Positions 1-13,860 of a DNA stretch of 64,000 nt are shown piece after piece. Position numbers and translations under genes: made by a program. How positions within the stretch are numbered: the first letter of the stretch is position 1; the number at the start of each line of letters is the position of its first letter. This stretch comes from Octopus sinensis (taxonomy: Eukaryota): the NCBI RefSeq assembly GCF_006345805.1, contig NC_042999.1, positions 173,786,001 to 173,850,000 of the forward strand, read 5' to 3'. The notes under the pieces are model-generated. The model saw only the letters and a program-made list of their open reading frames with translations, did no database searches and had not been told where the DNA came from.

Positions 1-1061
1 TTGAACTATATATACACGTTCATACCAAGATATGAATTCTCACGACTTTGTGACTAGCACCGGAGAGAGGTGGATGACTCTAAAAGTTCTATTACCTACG
101 TGGGCCTGAAATACTTCACTATACTTTTTAAATGTATTGAGTTCTTTTTTCTATAAGATTCTTTTCTTAATCTTTGGTTAAAGCGTCTCATACACACAGA
201 AATTTCTTTACTCCAGTTAACACTGCAGGGCAAAGCATTTCAATAATATCAATTTTGGCAGGAAGAAATATTTTCCATTAAAATTTTATTTACTTTTTAA
301 GATCGGTTCTGTGTTATTCATAGTGAAAATTATTTTTTGACTATAGGCTCTCGTGAGTGGTTGTTAATATTTAATACAGTCTCCTGCAGAATGCTAACCA
401 GGATTAATATCTTTTTTCATTATTTTTTTGAAACAAAATCATTAACAAAGATAATTTATTAATGCATCTCTTTGGATTGGATGGACATGTTTCCAGTTAG
501 TTATATTGGGTTTTTTTTACAAAAAATATATCAAAATATAAATTTTGGCAGTAAAAATAGTTTAGAATATGGAAACTGGTGGAAAACACATCGTAATTCG
601 TAATCCGGATTTCCTGTTGTTTAATATCAGCAGCAAAAAATAATTTGTGCAATTTATCTGCTGTAAATTCTTAGTATCAATCATTTTATGAGAAAGGAAA
701 GCATGTCTGTGTTTTGTGGATTTTTTTTTTTCATATTAAATACGCTCCCAATCCGTCAAAATGATTGTGAATGTATGAAGGCTTGAACAAAACTATAATT
801 AATTGCTTTAGATTTTGCTTCCCCCCCAAAAAAACTCTATAAAACAGGATACTTCACTCTAAAGAGAGTAAAAAATGTTACAAATATTTCTGCGAGACGT
901 ATCTTGCAAAAGTGGTGTTAAAAAACGCTGAGACTTTCACACGTAGAAAGACACTTCGCACCTCTAATACACCTGAGCAACACAAACAGTTACAAATTGA
1001 AATCAAAATATTTGTATGCTCAACAACAAAGTCATGCGCTGAGGTGCATCACATACAACAC

Positions 1062-1131
1062 ACTCACACGCGCGCGCATATACATACATACATATACATA
1101 CATATATGTATATGTATATATGTGTATATAT

Positions 1132-1177
<46 letters not shown>

Positions 1178-1200
1178 GCATATATACTATACACACACAC
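1062..1200. repeat. (CA)n/(TA)n compound microsatellite
   Basis: Dinucleotide runs read directly; source of the artefact ORFs at 912-1330. Confidence 0.95.
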
Positions 1201-1864
1201 GCAAACACACTCACAATTACAGAGAAACAATCACAGAGACGGATTTTTCCCTTTTGTCTACTTTCATCGAATCAAAGAAAAAAAAAAAGCAAAGCAAACT
1301 CAAAGCATAAATATAGGTGATCAATCTTAAGCGTGGAAACATTCGTATATATAAATATACATCCACCGATATATTAATATTCAATCAGCCATTATTTATT
1401 CTTTACGAGTTGTATTCCAAGAATAGAGACATAACATTATGAAGTTAGATTTTTGGCATTGATCATAGATAATTGTCATTTCTAGAAACCTCTCATATTT
1501 CAGATTATTCTTGTCTACATTGAATTAGTGTTTGTAACTGAAATTATCCATATGAATTTTTTCAGCAAAAGTGATATGAATTTTAAAAGACCATTAACTA
1601 AGTAAGCGTAAAGCAAAATGAATTGCGATTGTTTTTTTGCTTATCTCTAGTTTCATTATTTTTCTTTGTTATATGAAACTAAACTCTTCAACGACGACAT
1701 TTCGTTATATCGTTTGTATTAAGCCCACGATTTACGAAGCTGTCGTAGAGGGCCGGTTGTGACAAATCGAAAAACAGTCTTCTCTATCTGTCGCGCCTTG
1801 CTCCAGAGTTCGCATCTGGTAAAAGAATTTGCCTGTGCATTTGTTTTTCATGCTGCCTGTCATC

Positions 1865-1867
<3 letters not shown>

Positions 1868-1913
<46 letters not shown>

Positions 1914-1920
1914 CTCTCTT
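1868..1920. repeat. (CT)n microsatellite
   Basis: Direct reading. Confidence 0.95.
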
Positions 1921-3663
1921 CCTCCCCTTCTTTCGTTTTCCTCGTTCTTTAAACAATGGTTCTGAAATTCTATTAGATCTTGTTTTATAACAATACCGTT
2001 CTCGTTTTCTTTATTTCACCAATATGAGATCTTCGTAGAGTCAATGCAATGAAGGGTGGTTTTGCGAACTCACTCGTTGGTTAAATATCCCAAGTACAAA
2101 ATGCCTTAGATGTTGCGGGAGTATTTTGCTTCCACTTCCCGTATTTTCCCCTAAATCTATTTTGGATATATTGACCGGTTTAGTCATTGGCGATGTAACC
2201 ATGTAGAAATATAACATACTATACCAGTAGCACTTGCAAGCGTTCTAACATGTTTTGTATTTTAGCCAGGAGAAAGAGGCATTTGCTGAAGAGAGGTAGG
2301 AAACTTTGAGACTAGGTTCAAATGCTTGCAAACCAGTGGACTCCGTAAACATTTCTCAAATACTAGCTAGTGGTGTTATAGCAGCCAAATGATAAGGTCA
2401 ATAAACCCAAGTAGGCCAAACAGGCCACGGACGGTTTTGAACTCAGAATGCAAGGAGTCGGAATACTCTAAAGCTGTAATGTTTTTAGCCAGTTCGCCAC
2501 CACACAACACAAATACACACACATACACACACGCAGACAAAGAGACAGACAGACGTATTTCTATGTATGTATCTATAAGTAACAAAGAAAATTATATATA
2601 TTCAAAAGTGTGACTCGAGATAATTATGATCCGAATTATGAGTTTATAACAAAACTATTGAGTCATCTAAACTATGTTTATCAAACACAAATGCATATAT
2701 ATTAACAAGAACATAGTGTAAAGTGATAAAAAAGATGAAATTGTGTACTGGATTTTTCCAGCTTATTGCCACATTATTAATGTCGTTTGCCACCACGACA
2801 GCCACCATCAACCAAATGTATGATGAAATGGCTACTCCGTCTTCTATTCCAGCATAATGTATTAAAGGCTATTTTGTCAAATATCTGCCTCCTTTTTTAT
2901 GAAAGAGTGTAATTTAGAGGAGATGTTGATGTTATTACTAGCAGTTTCAGTGATCGTGTAGAGGCTTTGTCATTGATTGCTGCGTTCCTTGTTTGGCCAA
3001 CATGCATATTTTGCATATCAAGTTAACTTCCTTGTTGATTCGACTAATTACTGTTCGTATATAACTCTACAGTATTTTTGCTTTAATCTTGTCACCAGAC
3101 CAAATATATTATACTCTAAGAGCATCAGGAATTTATATGGCTCTTAGTACTTTACTAGCGTAATATACAGATATAACTATTTCTGATGCTAGAGAAATTC
3201 GAGCAAAAAATGTAAAGGTACCACGCTACAACTTAATGTGTTCTCCGCAGTGTCAGAGTTATCAATGTTATTTGTATATTATAAACATCTGAAAGTTAGT
3301 TTCTGCTTGTAATAAGTCCGTAGTGAACTTTACAGTCATGTCAGGATAATAAATTAATAAATCAAAAGAATAGTCAATAAAATTGATCCCAAAATTTCAT
3401 TAACAAATTTTTCAACCATTGAGGAATGAAATATAAATTCAACTCCAGATGCATTTGAACTAATAATGATTTTCTAACGTGAGAAGGATAGCAAAAGTTT
3501 GTATCGATTTGACTAATAATTACTCTGAAGGATGACTAATAATTACTCCCCAGGAGTAATTATCTGGTGTCGTTTTTAATTACCGATGATGTTAGCTCCG
3601 CCGCTCTACAGATCATGTAATGCACTTACCTAAAGTTGAGTATTTCATATATTGTACACGATG

Positions 3664-3812
3664 GGCTTATTTTAGTTTCCTTCTACTAAATCCACTCACG
3701 AGGCTTTGGTCGACCCGGGGGCCATAGCAGAAGGCATTTGCCGAAGGTTCCACGCAGTGGGACTGAACCCAGGCCCATGCGAAGCGAGCTTCATACTACA
3801 TAACCACGCCTA
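3664..3812 (-). mobile_element. tRNA-headed SINE, family A (diverged copy)
   Basis: Reverse complement reads taggcgtggttatgtagt...gggttcagtcccactgcgtggaaccttcggcaaatg...gaccaaagcctcgtgagtggattt; matches copies at 27330, 43465 and 45520. Confidence 0.8.
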
Positions 3813-3920
3813 AGTAGGTTCCTTGCTAGTTCAATCATTTCACTGTCAGATTTCATTGTGTGTATACATATATATATATATATATACTACTTATATGCAT
3901 ACATACTGTATGTACACACA

Positions 3921-4076
3921 TGACTATCTTCTTTCAATTTCCGTCAACCAAATCCAGTCGCAAAGCTTTGGTCGGCCCGAGACTATATTAGACACTTGCC
4001 CAAGGTGCCTCGGAGTGAGACTAAACCCAGGACTATGTGGCTGTGAAGCAAGCTTCTTACCACACAGCCACGCGTA
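3921..4076 (-). mobile_element. tRNA-headed SINE, family A (diverged copy)
   Basis: aaagctttggtcggcccga...gacacttgcccaaggtgcc...cttcttaccacacagccacgc is the reverse complement of the family A body and head. Confidence 0.8.
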
Positions 4077-5629
4077 AGTTGGTTCCTTGCTATCATTTCA
4101 CTGTCAGATTCCATAGTAATAATAGTAACGTTTACATCGTTCGTAGTATTTAAAGAGTAACCGAATACCTCTAAGTTTGCTTCTCTCTATATTCTTTTGA
4201 TTCAGAGTAAAAGTTTTTTTTCATATTATTATTAAATTAATCAAGAAAGTCGGCGAATGACGAATGACCTTTGGCTGCACCCCCAGATGGCAATATTAAT
4301 GCAGAGAGTGTTCAAGCATGTGACGATCTACAGGAAAATAATTGGTGAGGAGGAAAGCGGATATCCATTTTGAATGTGTGGACCAACTGCTGGAATTCCC
4401 AAGGATCTGCTGGTGGACTAACATAATCAAGGTATTACACCATTCACACCGTTCTCAAAGTATTGAGAATGTGATTGAATAAAATTTAAATCGAGTTGTT
4501 GTCTCACTCCAAATCACATTTGTTCTTGTTTTGGGCGGGTGGGGGTTATGGTATAAATGTCTTACGATGTCATAGAAATTATGGGGCAGAAATGAGTGAT
4601 TATTTATACTCTGCTGCTTAATCTGTCTTTATTTCATTGACCTCAACAGGATTAAAAGTCATTAAGAAAAAGACAATAACTAAATGCACAATCCATTTCG
4701 TCGGACGCTTCACAGATCTCTAAATACACTGTTTTCTTTTGATGATATCAATTATTTTCCGATTAGGCACAATGGCAACTGTCAGTGATCAACTTGAAAG
4801 TAATAGACGTTAGACGTCTTAGTCGACTCACAAATACTGTAGTTGTAGTTGTTATTTAACAGCAAATCAGATGTGATCGAGAAGACAGAAATCAAAAATT
4901 TTTCATGCTGTGATCATATATCTTGCTGATACTTTCTAACATGCTGATCTCGGACTATATCATACCCCATCAATTCAATCTATTTATTTATACTATAGAG
5001 AAGAATTTGATTCAACAGCGACCTGGTTGTTATTTCTAGCGGGCTGGATGACAACATCACAAGCACCCTCGTCAGCTTGACACATAAATATACTAGCATA
5101 AAGTATGGTAGCATTTGATCTATGTACGTAGAACAGCTATAACTGAAACACATAATATAGCATTAATCCACTCCATACACCGCTTCTGCCAACTCATCCT
5201 CCCCACCATTTATTTCTTTACTACAATATTACGTTTCATAATTATTATATTATATTATTCTATAGATTCTTTCACCTAGCCGCGGAACCAAACGCCGGAT
5301 TCAATTTAGAAGAATAAATGTGGACAATCACACACAGGTATACACACAAGGGTGGATGTAAGAGTGCGTGTGCTTTTCTTTGTGAGTGTGAGTTGTGTGT
5401 ATGTGAGATTGTGAGCGTGTGTGTTGTGGGTGTTGGTATTGTGTGTGTGTGTAGGTCTGTGATTAAACAAATTCATGTCTCTGCCTCAATGGTTCGTGAG
5501 GATAAATATAACGGGTTTACATTAAAAATTTCAATGTGGCAGTTCTTTGAAAGATTCCGAGCAGTTGTGTTTATCTTTGCCATTAAGATATGCTATTGAA
5601 ACGTAAGGAAAATGGAACACATTTAATAA

Positions 5630-5662
5630 CCGATATATATATTATGTATGTATGTATGTATG

Positions 5663-5696
<34 letters not shown>

Positions 5697-5804
5697 TGTA
5701 TGTATGTATGTATGTATGTATGTATGTTATGCATGTATGTATGCATGTATGTATGCATGTGTGTATGTATGTATATATAATATATTATATATAATATATA
5801 TATA

Positions 5805-5846
<42 letters not shown>

Positions 5847-6067
5847 TATATATAATGGCAATTATATATTTCAAACGTGTATATATATATATTATATATA
5901 TATATAATATATATACATATATGTATATATATATAATATATATATATATATATACATATAAATATATATGCATATATGTGTGTGTGTTTGTGTGTGTGTG
6001 AGTGTGTGTGTGTGTGGTGTGTGGTGTGGTGTGTGTGTGTGGTGTGTGTGCGGTGTGTGTAAGTATA

Positions 6068-6107
<40 letters not shown>

Positions 6108-6135
6108 GAGCAAAATATTTGAATGGTTACATTTG

Positions 6136-6175
<40 letters not shown>

Positions 6176-6438
6176 ATAGCAGAAAACAGACAATTCGAAT
6201 TTCATAATACAGTATACATGCATATATATGTTGCATATATATGTTATTATACATGGTTTGTGAATGTATTTCTCATAGTATATGTGTATGTGTGTATGCT
6301 CTGAATGCGTCTGAATATCATTTGATAACTTTTCTTAATGCGTAGGCATATGTGTGCAATGTCATATGCAAATACGTAAATAATGAATAAGTTAATATCT
6401 ATAAATATATTGATACAGGTATGGGCCTGGATATATAT

Positions 6439-6471
<33 letters not shown>

Positions 6472-6477
6472 GCTTAT

Positions 6478-6540
<63 letters not shown>

Positions 6541-6914
6541 CACACACACATATATGTATATCATATATATATCATACATATATCATATTTATCAAGAGAT
6601 ATATAAATATGGGTGTGTTTGAGTGTGCAAATATATATATATATATATATATATATACATGCATATATATACACATAATACATATATGTAATTGTAATAA
6701 TGAAGTCAAAGCACACATAAAGAGAAAGACGTGTATATCTATATATGTAGATATACATATATACATATGTGCGTGTGTCTGTATGGCATATATACATGTA
6801 TTTCATATAATTATTGTCTGTACGCAAATCACTCACCCCTTCCTACCCCTGTCTGTTTGTCACTCAATCTCTCTCTGTTTTCCTTCTTTCTCTCTGTCTC
6901 TTCCTCTTTGTTTG

Positions 6915-6950
<36 letters not shown>

Positions 6951-7114
6951 TGTATGTATGTATGTATGTATTTATATACACACATAGCCCCCCTCCACAC
7001 GCACACACATATGGCTATTTCATATAATTAATGTGTGCATTGTAAATATGTCTCTCTGTATATTCATATATATATACATATAATACATATGCGCAAACAC
7101 ACACAAAAACTATA

Positions 7115-7147
<33 letters not shown>

Positions 7148-7260
7148 CATAAATATTTATATATATATAATATTATATATTATATATATATATATATATA
7201 TCTATTTAATATATATATATATATGTATGTATTTGTATATATATGCATATGTATACTTAT
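5630..7260. repeat. Compound microsatellite field: (TATG)n, (TA)n, (TG)n, (CT)n
   Basis: Direct reading; explains the Y/I/V/C/M-rich ORFs at 5590-7355. Confidence 0.9.
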
Positions 7261-7417
7261 ATATATGGTATACAACATGTATATATCTAAAAATGTATGT
7301 ATGCAAGTATGTGTACGCGTATCTTCATCTATACATATTTGCATATTGTATGTGAATCTGTTTCTGTGTACATGCGCAATCTCTCTATGTACATTCTGCT
7401 TGTATGCGAAGGCGTGC

Positions 7418-7754
7418 TGTTGTTGTTGTTGTTGTTGTTGTTGTACAGGTTGTTGGACTTTGACGATGTCGTCGTCCTCATCGTCGTCGTCGTCGTCGTC
7501 GTCGAAGAAGAAGCCGTTTGAGTATTTACTTTTCGAAAAGAAAGACATCATTATAAAGATGACAAGCTTATTGGAATAAATCCAATATTTCTTGGGTCCT
7601 TTTAATGATTTAGAAAGAAAATCATAACAAAATTATATGACATACAAATAAATAAGAACCACCAATAATAAACAACAAAGAATCCTCATCCGAAAAGGAA
7701 TTGGAAGATATTTTTTCGTTTATGTTATTATTTTTGTTAATTTTCTTATTCCAC

Positions 7755-7818
<64 letters not shown>

Positions 7819-8010
7819 TGATCTTGTTGTTGTTGTTGTTGTAGTAGTAGTAGTAGTAGTCCTTGGTGCAGTTGGTAGCAATTGTGGTTGATGTTGTAGT
7901 GGTGGTGGTTGTGATGGTTTGGGTTGTGGTTGTGGTGGCGCTGTTGGTGCTGGTGGTGCTGGTGGTGGAAATGAACCTGGTGAGAGTAGTACTAGTAATT
8001 TTATTAGTAG

Positions 8011-8047
<37 letters not shown>

Positions 8048-8125
8048 AGTAGTAGTAGCAGCAGCAGTATTAGTAATAGAACTAGTAGCAGTAGTAGTTG
8101 CAGCTGTAGCAGTAGTAGTAGTAAT

Positions 8126-8181
<56 letters not shown>

Positions 8182-8259
8182 CAGCAGCAGTATTAGTAAT
8201 AGAACTAGTAGCAGTAGTAGTTGCAGATGTAGCAGTAGTAGTAGTAGTAGTAGCAGCAG

Positions 8260-8290
<31 letters not shown>

Positions 8291-8340
8291 TAGTATAGTA
8301 GTAGTAGTAGTAGTAGTAGTTGTTGTTGTTGTAGACGTTT
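7418..8340. repeat. Trinucleotide repeat mosaic (GTT/GTC/TAG/GTG/CAG) with a ~120-bp higher-order duplication
   Basis: The block agcagcagcagtattagtaatagaactagtagcagtagtagttgcag occurs twice (about 8056 and 8180). Confidence 0.9.
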
Positions 8341-8750
8341 TCAATAAATTGGCCAATCTTTTCAATATTTTATATTTTGGAGTTTTTTGTATTTGTTTTT
8401 GCTTTTTTGTGTGTGTAGCTTTTTTTTTCCTTTTCCAATTTTCCCTTAATCGAACGCCGCCCAAATTATCTTCATCAAAATTATCAGTATAACCATAATC
8501 GTCATAGCGACCACCATTACTATCGCATTGGTCTTCATTATTCATTGCAATACAATTATAGCAATAATTATGATTAGTTTCTAATTATTACATTTCTTGT
8601 CTTATTTTTATTGTTTGTTTTAGTGACTTGCTTATCCATATTGCTATCGTCATCATTTTCAACGTCATCCTCCACATCATCACCATCATCGTCATCATCA
8701 TAATAATAATCCTTTCTACTATGGGCAGAATGCCTGGATTTTTGTAGGGA

Positions 8751-8924
8751 GGGGGTACAATCGATCACATCGATCTCACTGCTTCACTGGTACTTAATTT
8801 ATGAATCCCGAAAAGATGAAAGGCAAAATCGACCTTAGCGGAATTTGAACTCAGAACGTAGCGACAGACGAAATACTGCTAAGCATTTTGCCCGGCGTGC
8901 TAACGATTCTGGCATTTTGCCACC
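8751..8924 (-). mobile_element. tRNA-headed SINE, family B
   Basis: Reverse complement of family B: B-box gagttcaaattcc and the central gtcgattttgcctttcatc...taagtaccagt segment. Confidence 0.9.
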
Positions 8925-8945
8925 TTAATAATAATAATAATAATA

Positions 8946-8982
<37 letters not shown>

Positions 8983-8983
<1 letters not shown>

Positions 8984-9190
8984 CGAGCTGGCGGAAACGT
9001 TAGCACGCCGGGCAAGATACTTAGCGGTATTTCCTCTGCAGTTACGTTCTGAGTTCAAATTCCGCCAAGGTCGACTTTGCCTTTCATCCTTTCGGGGTCG
9101 ATAAATTAAGTACCAGTTACGCACTGGGGTCGATGTAATCGACTCAATTCCTTTGTCTGCCCTTGTTGTGGGCAATAAAGAATAAAATAA
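8983..9190 (+). mobile_element. tRNA-headed SINE, family B (near full length)
   Basis: cgagctggcggaaacgttagcacgccggg...gagttcaaattccgccaaggtcgactttgcctttcatcctttcggggtcgataaattaagtaccagtt...ggcaataaagaataa; A/B-box-like head and A-rich tail. Confidence 0.92.
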
Positions 9191-9399
9191 AAATAATAAT
9201 AACAATAATAATAATAATTTCATCATTATTAGCAGTCGTTGTTATTATTGTTGTTCTTATCATTATTGTTAATGTTATTATCCTTGTTGTTATTTTTACC
9301 AATGAGCAATATTTCAAGGGGTGTTATTGGCCAAGACATTGCCATCAGTTGCGTGAGCAGTAGTCACACACGTTCGAAGAATATTGTAACACAAGTAGT

Positions 9400-9425
9400 T
9401 GTAGTAGTAGCAGTAGTAGTAGTAA

Positions 9426-9515
<90 letters not shown>
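9400..9515. repeat. (TAG)n microsatellite
   Basis: Direct reading. Confidence 0.95.
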
Positions 9516-9696
9516 CTTGGTGTTGGCGGTGGTGTTGTGGTGATGAAGGCGAGTTGGTGGGATGGATCTTCAGACTAAGCAAATATTCTAATTTCCAATC
9601 AGTCCAGAATTGAATTTGACTGACATTCGTCCAGACATTAATAAATGCATGCGTCTGGGCGCGCATGTAGCTGTGTGTGTTAAGTATGCATTTACG

Positions 9697-9727
<31 letters not shown>

Positions 9728-10200
9728 TTGTATATATATATATACATATATATATTTTTATATATGTACGTATATGTATAAATGTATGTATGTATGCACA
9801 CACATATATGCATATAGACACACTCATATGTGTGTGTGTGTGTGTGTGTGTGTATGCGTACCGTATTTGATAGACTTTTTACCCACTTTTAATCATTTCA
9901 ATGAAAGAGATTAATACTGCTGCTATTGTCATTGTTTTTGTTATCGTCATAATTAATACGCTGTTCATTATCTTGAATATAATTGCAATGATCGCCGCTA
10001 TCATCATCAATATCGTCATCTCCCTTCTTCCCCTTCATTCTCATTATGATCTTCATGTAGGTTTTCATCATCATCAGAATCATGTATCCAACTAAGAAAT
10101 CTATAATCTTTGTTGCTGTTGCTGTTGTGGTGGATGGCTGTGGTTGTGGTGGTGGCGGTCGCGGCGGCAGCGGTGGTGGCGGCGGTGATGGTGGTACTGC

Positions 10201-10238
<38 letters not shown>

Positions 10239-10712
10239 ATGGTGGTGGTGCTGGTGGTGGTGGTAGTGGAGTAGTAGTAGTAGCAGCAGCAGTAGTAGCA
10301 GTGGTGTTGATGTGGGATAAAACTGAAGTGCTGCTTTTAAAGATTGAAACAGTCCATATGTTGGCAAATTCTGCATTAATTTTTATCTTTCGTAATAGCT
10401 TGTAATCGTATATTGTATAATCGTGTATTGTATGAAAGTGAATTATAAATATTTAAAGAGTTTTTAAAAAACAGGAATAAAACGACACCAACGAGGAATA
10501 TCAGATGATGATCCTGATTGTGGAATAGATAATGTCCTAATAGAAGTAACTCTGAAACGGTGTACTATGTGACAGCAACGCGCGTCAAGGTGGTGCACCA
10601 TGGAAGTTTCAAAATGTAATTTAAGATGCTAAGAAATCCTCGCAAACGCTGAAGCGTTTTGAAAAACGTGTTTAGTTCTCTTGTACAAAAGTATGATCAA
10701 TATAATAAGGTA

Positions 10713-10915
10713 AGGAGATGAGCTGGCAGAATCGTTACCACACCGGGCGAAATACTTAGCCCACCTTTACGATCTAAGTTCAGATCACACCGAAGTCGAC
10801 TTTGACTTTCATTTTTTCGGGGTCGATAAAATAAGTACCAGTTGAGCACTATAGTCCATGTAAATGATATGCCCCAACCCTGAAATTGCTGGTAATGTGC
10901 TAAAATTTGTCACCA
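10713..10915 (+). mobile_element. SINE family B (variant 3' end)
   Basis: gagctggcagaatcgtt...gtcgactttgactttcattttttcggggtcgataaaataagtaccagttgagcact. Confidence 0.85.
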
Positions 10916-11400
10916 AGATAAGATGAGACATAGATTATTCTAAGTTTTTTGTTTTTTTTTTTTTTTTTTTTTTTTTGTGTGTGTATGTTTGTGTTTAGAA
11001 AAATCCGCCAGTCCAAAATATCAATTTTAACTTCAAGAAATATCAATACAATATGGTTATGATTTATGTAATTAATTTTTCACATGCGCATACACATGAC
11101 AGTATATTTAAGAAATTCCTTTTTCTACCCATGCATCTATGTTCGGCCCCACTGAACTGCCACAGCTATACTTAAATTGACCGGTACTTTGTGTGTGAAA
11201 TAACACTTTCCCAGTCCCTCTAGTCATCATACTCTCTCGACCCTCTTGCCGTCGGAAAAGCAGCCTGAAAGCGAATGGACATTTGAAACTATATATATAT
11301 ACCATTCCTTTGCAATTTTGTTATAAAATAAATTAATAGCTACTGAGGGAGAAAGAACACTCTCGCCAAACAAGCTGATATAACTAAAATTTCTTGTCAG

Positions 11401-11600
11401 TACTTACTGAGATGATTGAGATAAAAGATTCAGGATATGAAAGCATGCAATATTTCGTAGAAAATGAGCTGCGTAACAACGGTTGAGGTACTATATGTAC
11501 AGAGAAAACCGACGGCAGATTTGTACTATTGGAAAACAAAATAACGTTAGAGAAGTTGACGCCCGTAATCTCTCAAATAACTGCTTTCGAAGGAACTCAG
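11401..11600 (+). other. Candidate exon-like segment (acceptor ttcttgtcag, donor cag|gtaaga) with one in-frame TGA
   Basis: Non-repetitive 200 nt between good splice signals; one frame is open except TGA at 11484-11486. No recognised homology. Confidence 0.2.
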
Positions 11601-11760
11601 GTAAGAAAACTTTGTAACTTACAAAACAATAATACAAGCACAAGTTCCATGAATCTCAGTCGAGTTTGAACACAGGATGTAAAGACCGTAAGGAAAATAA
11701 CACAAATGGTCTATTCGATGCTTTACCGATTCTTCCACAACACCACACTGTTATATAATA

Positions 11761-11984
11761 ATTGTTTTTGATTTAGGCAGGCAGACGGCCAACAATTTCG
11801 AGAGAAGCGGTGTTAGGTAACAACAGCGACTCCAGTTCTAGATTTATACTTAAACTTCTCGACCCCAGAGGGACGAAATGCAAACTATTCCTGTCGGAGT
11901 TTTGAACTCAGAACGTAAAGACCTAGAACTAATATCGAAAGGCATTTCTTCGACGCTCTCACGATTCTGCTAATCTACCGCCTT
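11761..11984 (-). mobile_element. SINE family B (diverged)
   Basis: ctcgaccccagagggacgaaatg...tttgaactcagaacgtaaag...acgattctgctaatctaccgcc is the reverse complement of family B. Confidence 0.75.
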
Positions 11985-12366
11985 GCCTTCTTATATAATA
12001 ATGATAATGTTTGTCTATCCCCCTTTCTTGCACCATTGAATCTTTGTATACAATCATTCGCCATACGAAACAAAATTACCACCAACAACATCTTCATCAA
12101 CATGAACACTGTCATCATCACCACCGCCATTAACAGCACCAACGGTAACGCCAAAGCCATATTTACATAACTTATGAATATCGAACAGTAATTTGTGTAG
12201 GCCTATATAAATGAATGACTTCATAATATCCAATCGAGAATTGATGTTCGATATACCATATTTAAGGTCTGAATATAAAGCAAAATTGATATCATTGAAC
12301 ATAAACATATATACATGTATGAATGTGTGTGTGTATGTGTGTGTCTGTGTACATATACATATACAT

Positions 12367-12397
<31 letters not shown>

Positions 12398-12399
12398 AT

Positions 12400-12430
<31 letters not shown>

Positions 12431-12452
12431 TATATATATTATATATATATAT

Positions 12453-12496
<44 letters not shown>

Positions 12497-12504
12497 ATGT
12501 ATAC

Positions 12505-12536
<32 letters not shown>

Positions 12537-12827
12537 ATGTATACATATATATATATATATATATGCATTATGACGCCTTAGAAAAATAAACAGAATCAGG
12601 TTTTTGAATTCATTAAATAATAACAAGATTTCATAAAGTTAATGCAAATTGGAAATATGTTATTTTTATCAATATTTTGTAAATTGAAAGTTGACCGACG
12701 TAATCATAACTAGGCACAAAACACATATATAGATATAACAGGTCTCTCCACACAAACATACGTAAGCATATGAGTGTGTATATCTCTCCTCTTTGTGTGT
12801 TCTAGAATAACCGTTATATAATTCATA

Positions 12828-12876
<49 letters not shown>

Positions 12877-13121
12877 ATATATATATATATATAAACATAT
12901 ATATGAACATATATATATATATATATAATATATATATATAAAGATTTATAAATATATGTATGTATTAGTATTGATGATATCTATGTGTACATATTTGCAT
13001 AGATAATGCATAATTTTATATAATCAGATCCTTTTATAGACACTTAAGTCTTTATGTAAAACCGTGTGTGTATATATGGGTAGACATTTAAATACCAGGC
13101 CCAAACATATCAATGCATCTG

Positions 13122-13155
<34 letters not shown>

Positions 13156-13786
13156 ATATATATATCAGTGGACAGTTAATATCTATTGCTTTATATAGTA
13201 ACTCATCGAATGGCACACAACACATACACACATGTGTATGCAAATACACATTTATACATACAATAAATTTACAATTAATCCCATAAATGTCCCATACGCT
13301 AACACACTTCTAGATACATATGCATGCATCTATGTCAGTATATGTAATGCGTAGACCTGTATATTCGGTGCTATCTTTATGTGAATATATATATTGAGCG
13401 TGTGCTTTTTATCAATTTATTAATGAGGAAATGGCAATTCTTTAATGTAATATCTATCGATTTGCGGTTTAAATAATTATACCACGAAGATAACTGAATC
13501 TTAGAAATATGTCCTTACCTTCCCTCTCCGGTTTATGAAAATATTTCTACTCAAAACTTCGTACCAATCTAAACAGCTTATTCAGAAAAATCTATTATTA
13601 TAATTAATGATGAAATTATGATTCTTGTAATGTTTACCGACACAGAATTTCCTTCTATCAGCATAGTAATGCTCGTCACACACACACACACACACACGCA
13701 CAAACAAACAAACAATATAATATACATATATATATATATACATACACACACAGACACATATATGCACATACAGATATATATTTATA

Positions 13787-13822
<36 letters not shown>

Positions 13823-13860
13823 TATATATATATATATATTATATATAATATATATATATA

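Noticed and set aside
1690-1830. CpG-rich unique segment with a minus-strand acceptor (ttcttttaccag) and short frames
   Set aside because: Frames close within about 30 codons, there is no donor and no recognisable product; insufficient support.
7622-8545. 307-aa Thr-rich, mucin-like ORF (and the overlapping poly-Val and poly-Ser ORFs)
   Set aside because: Triplet-repeat slippage preserves frame, several frames are open at once, and there is no signal peptide or recognisable domain.
13518-13567. Minus-strand 50-nt exon candidate (ctgtttag...gaag|gtaagg)
   Set aside because: Short, weak acceptor, and expected by chance in 64 kb.
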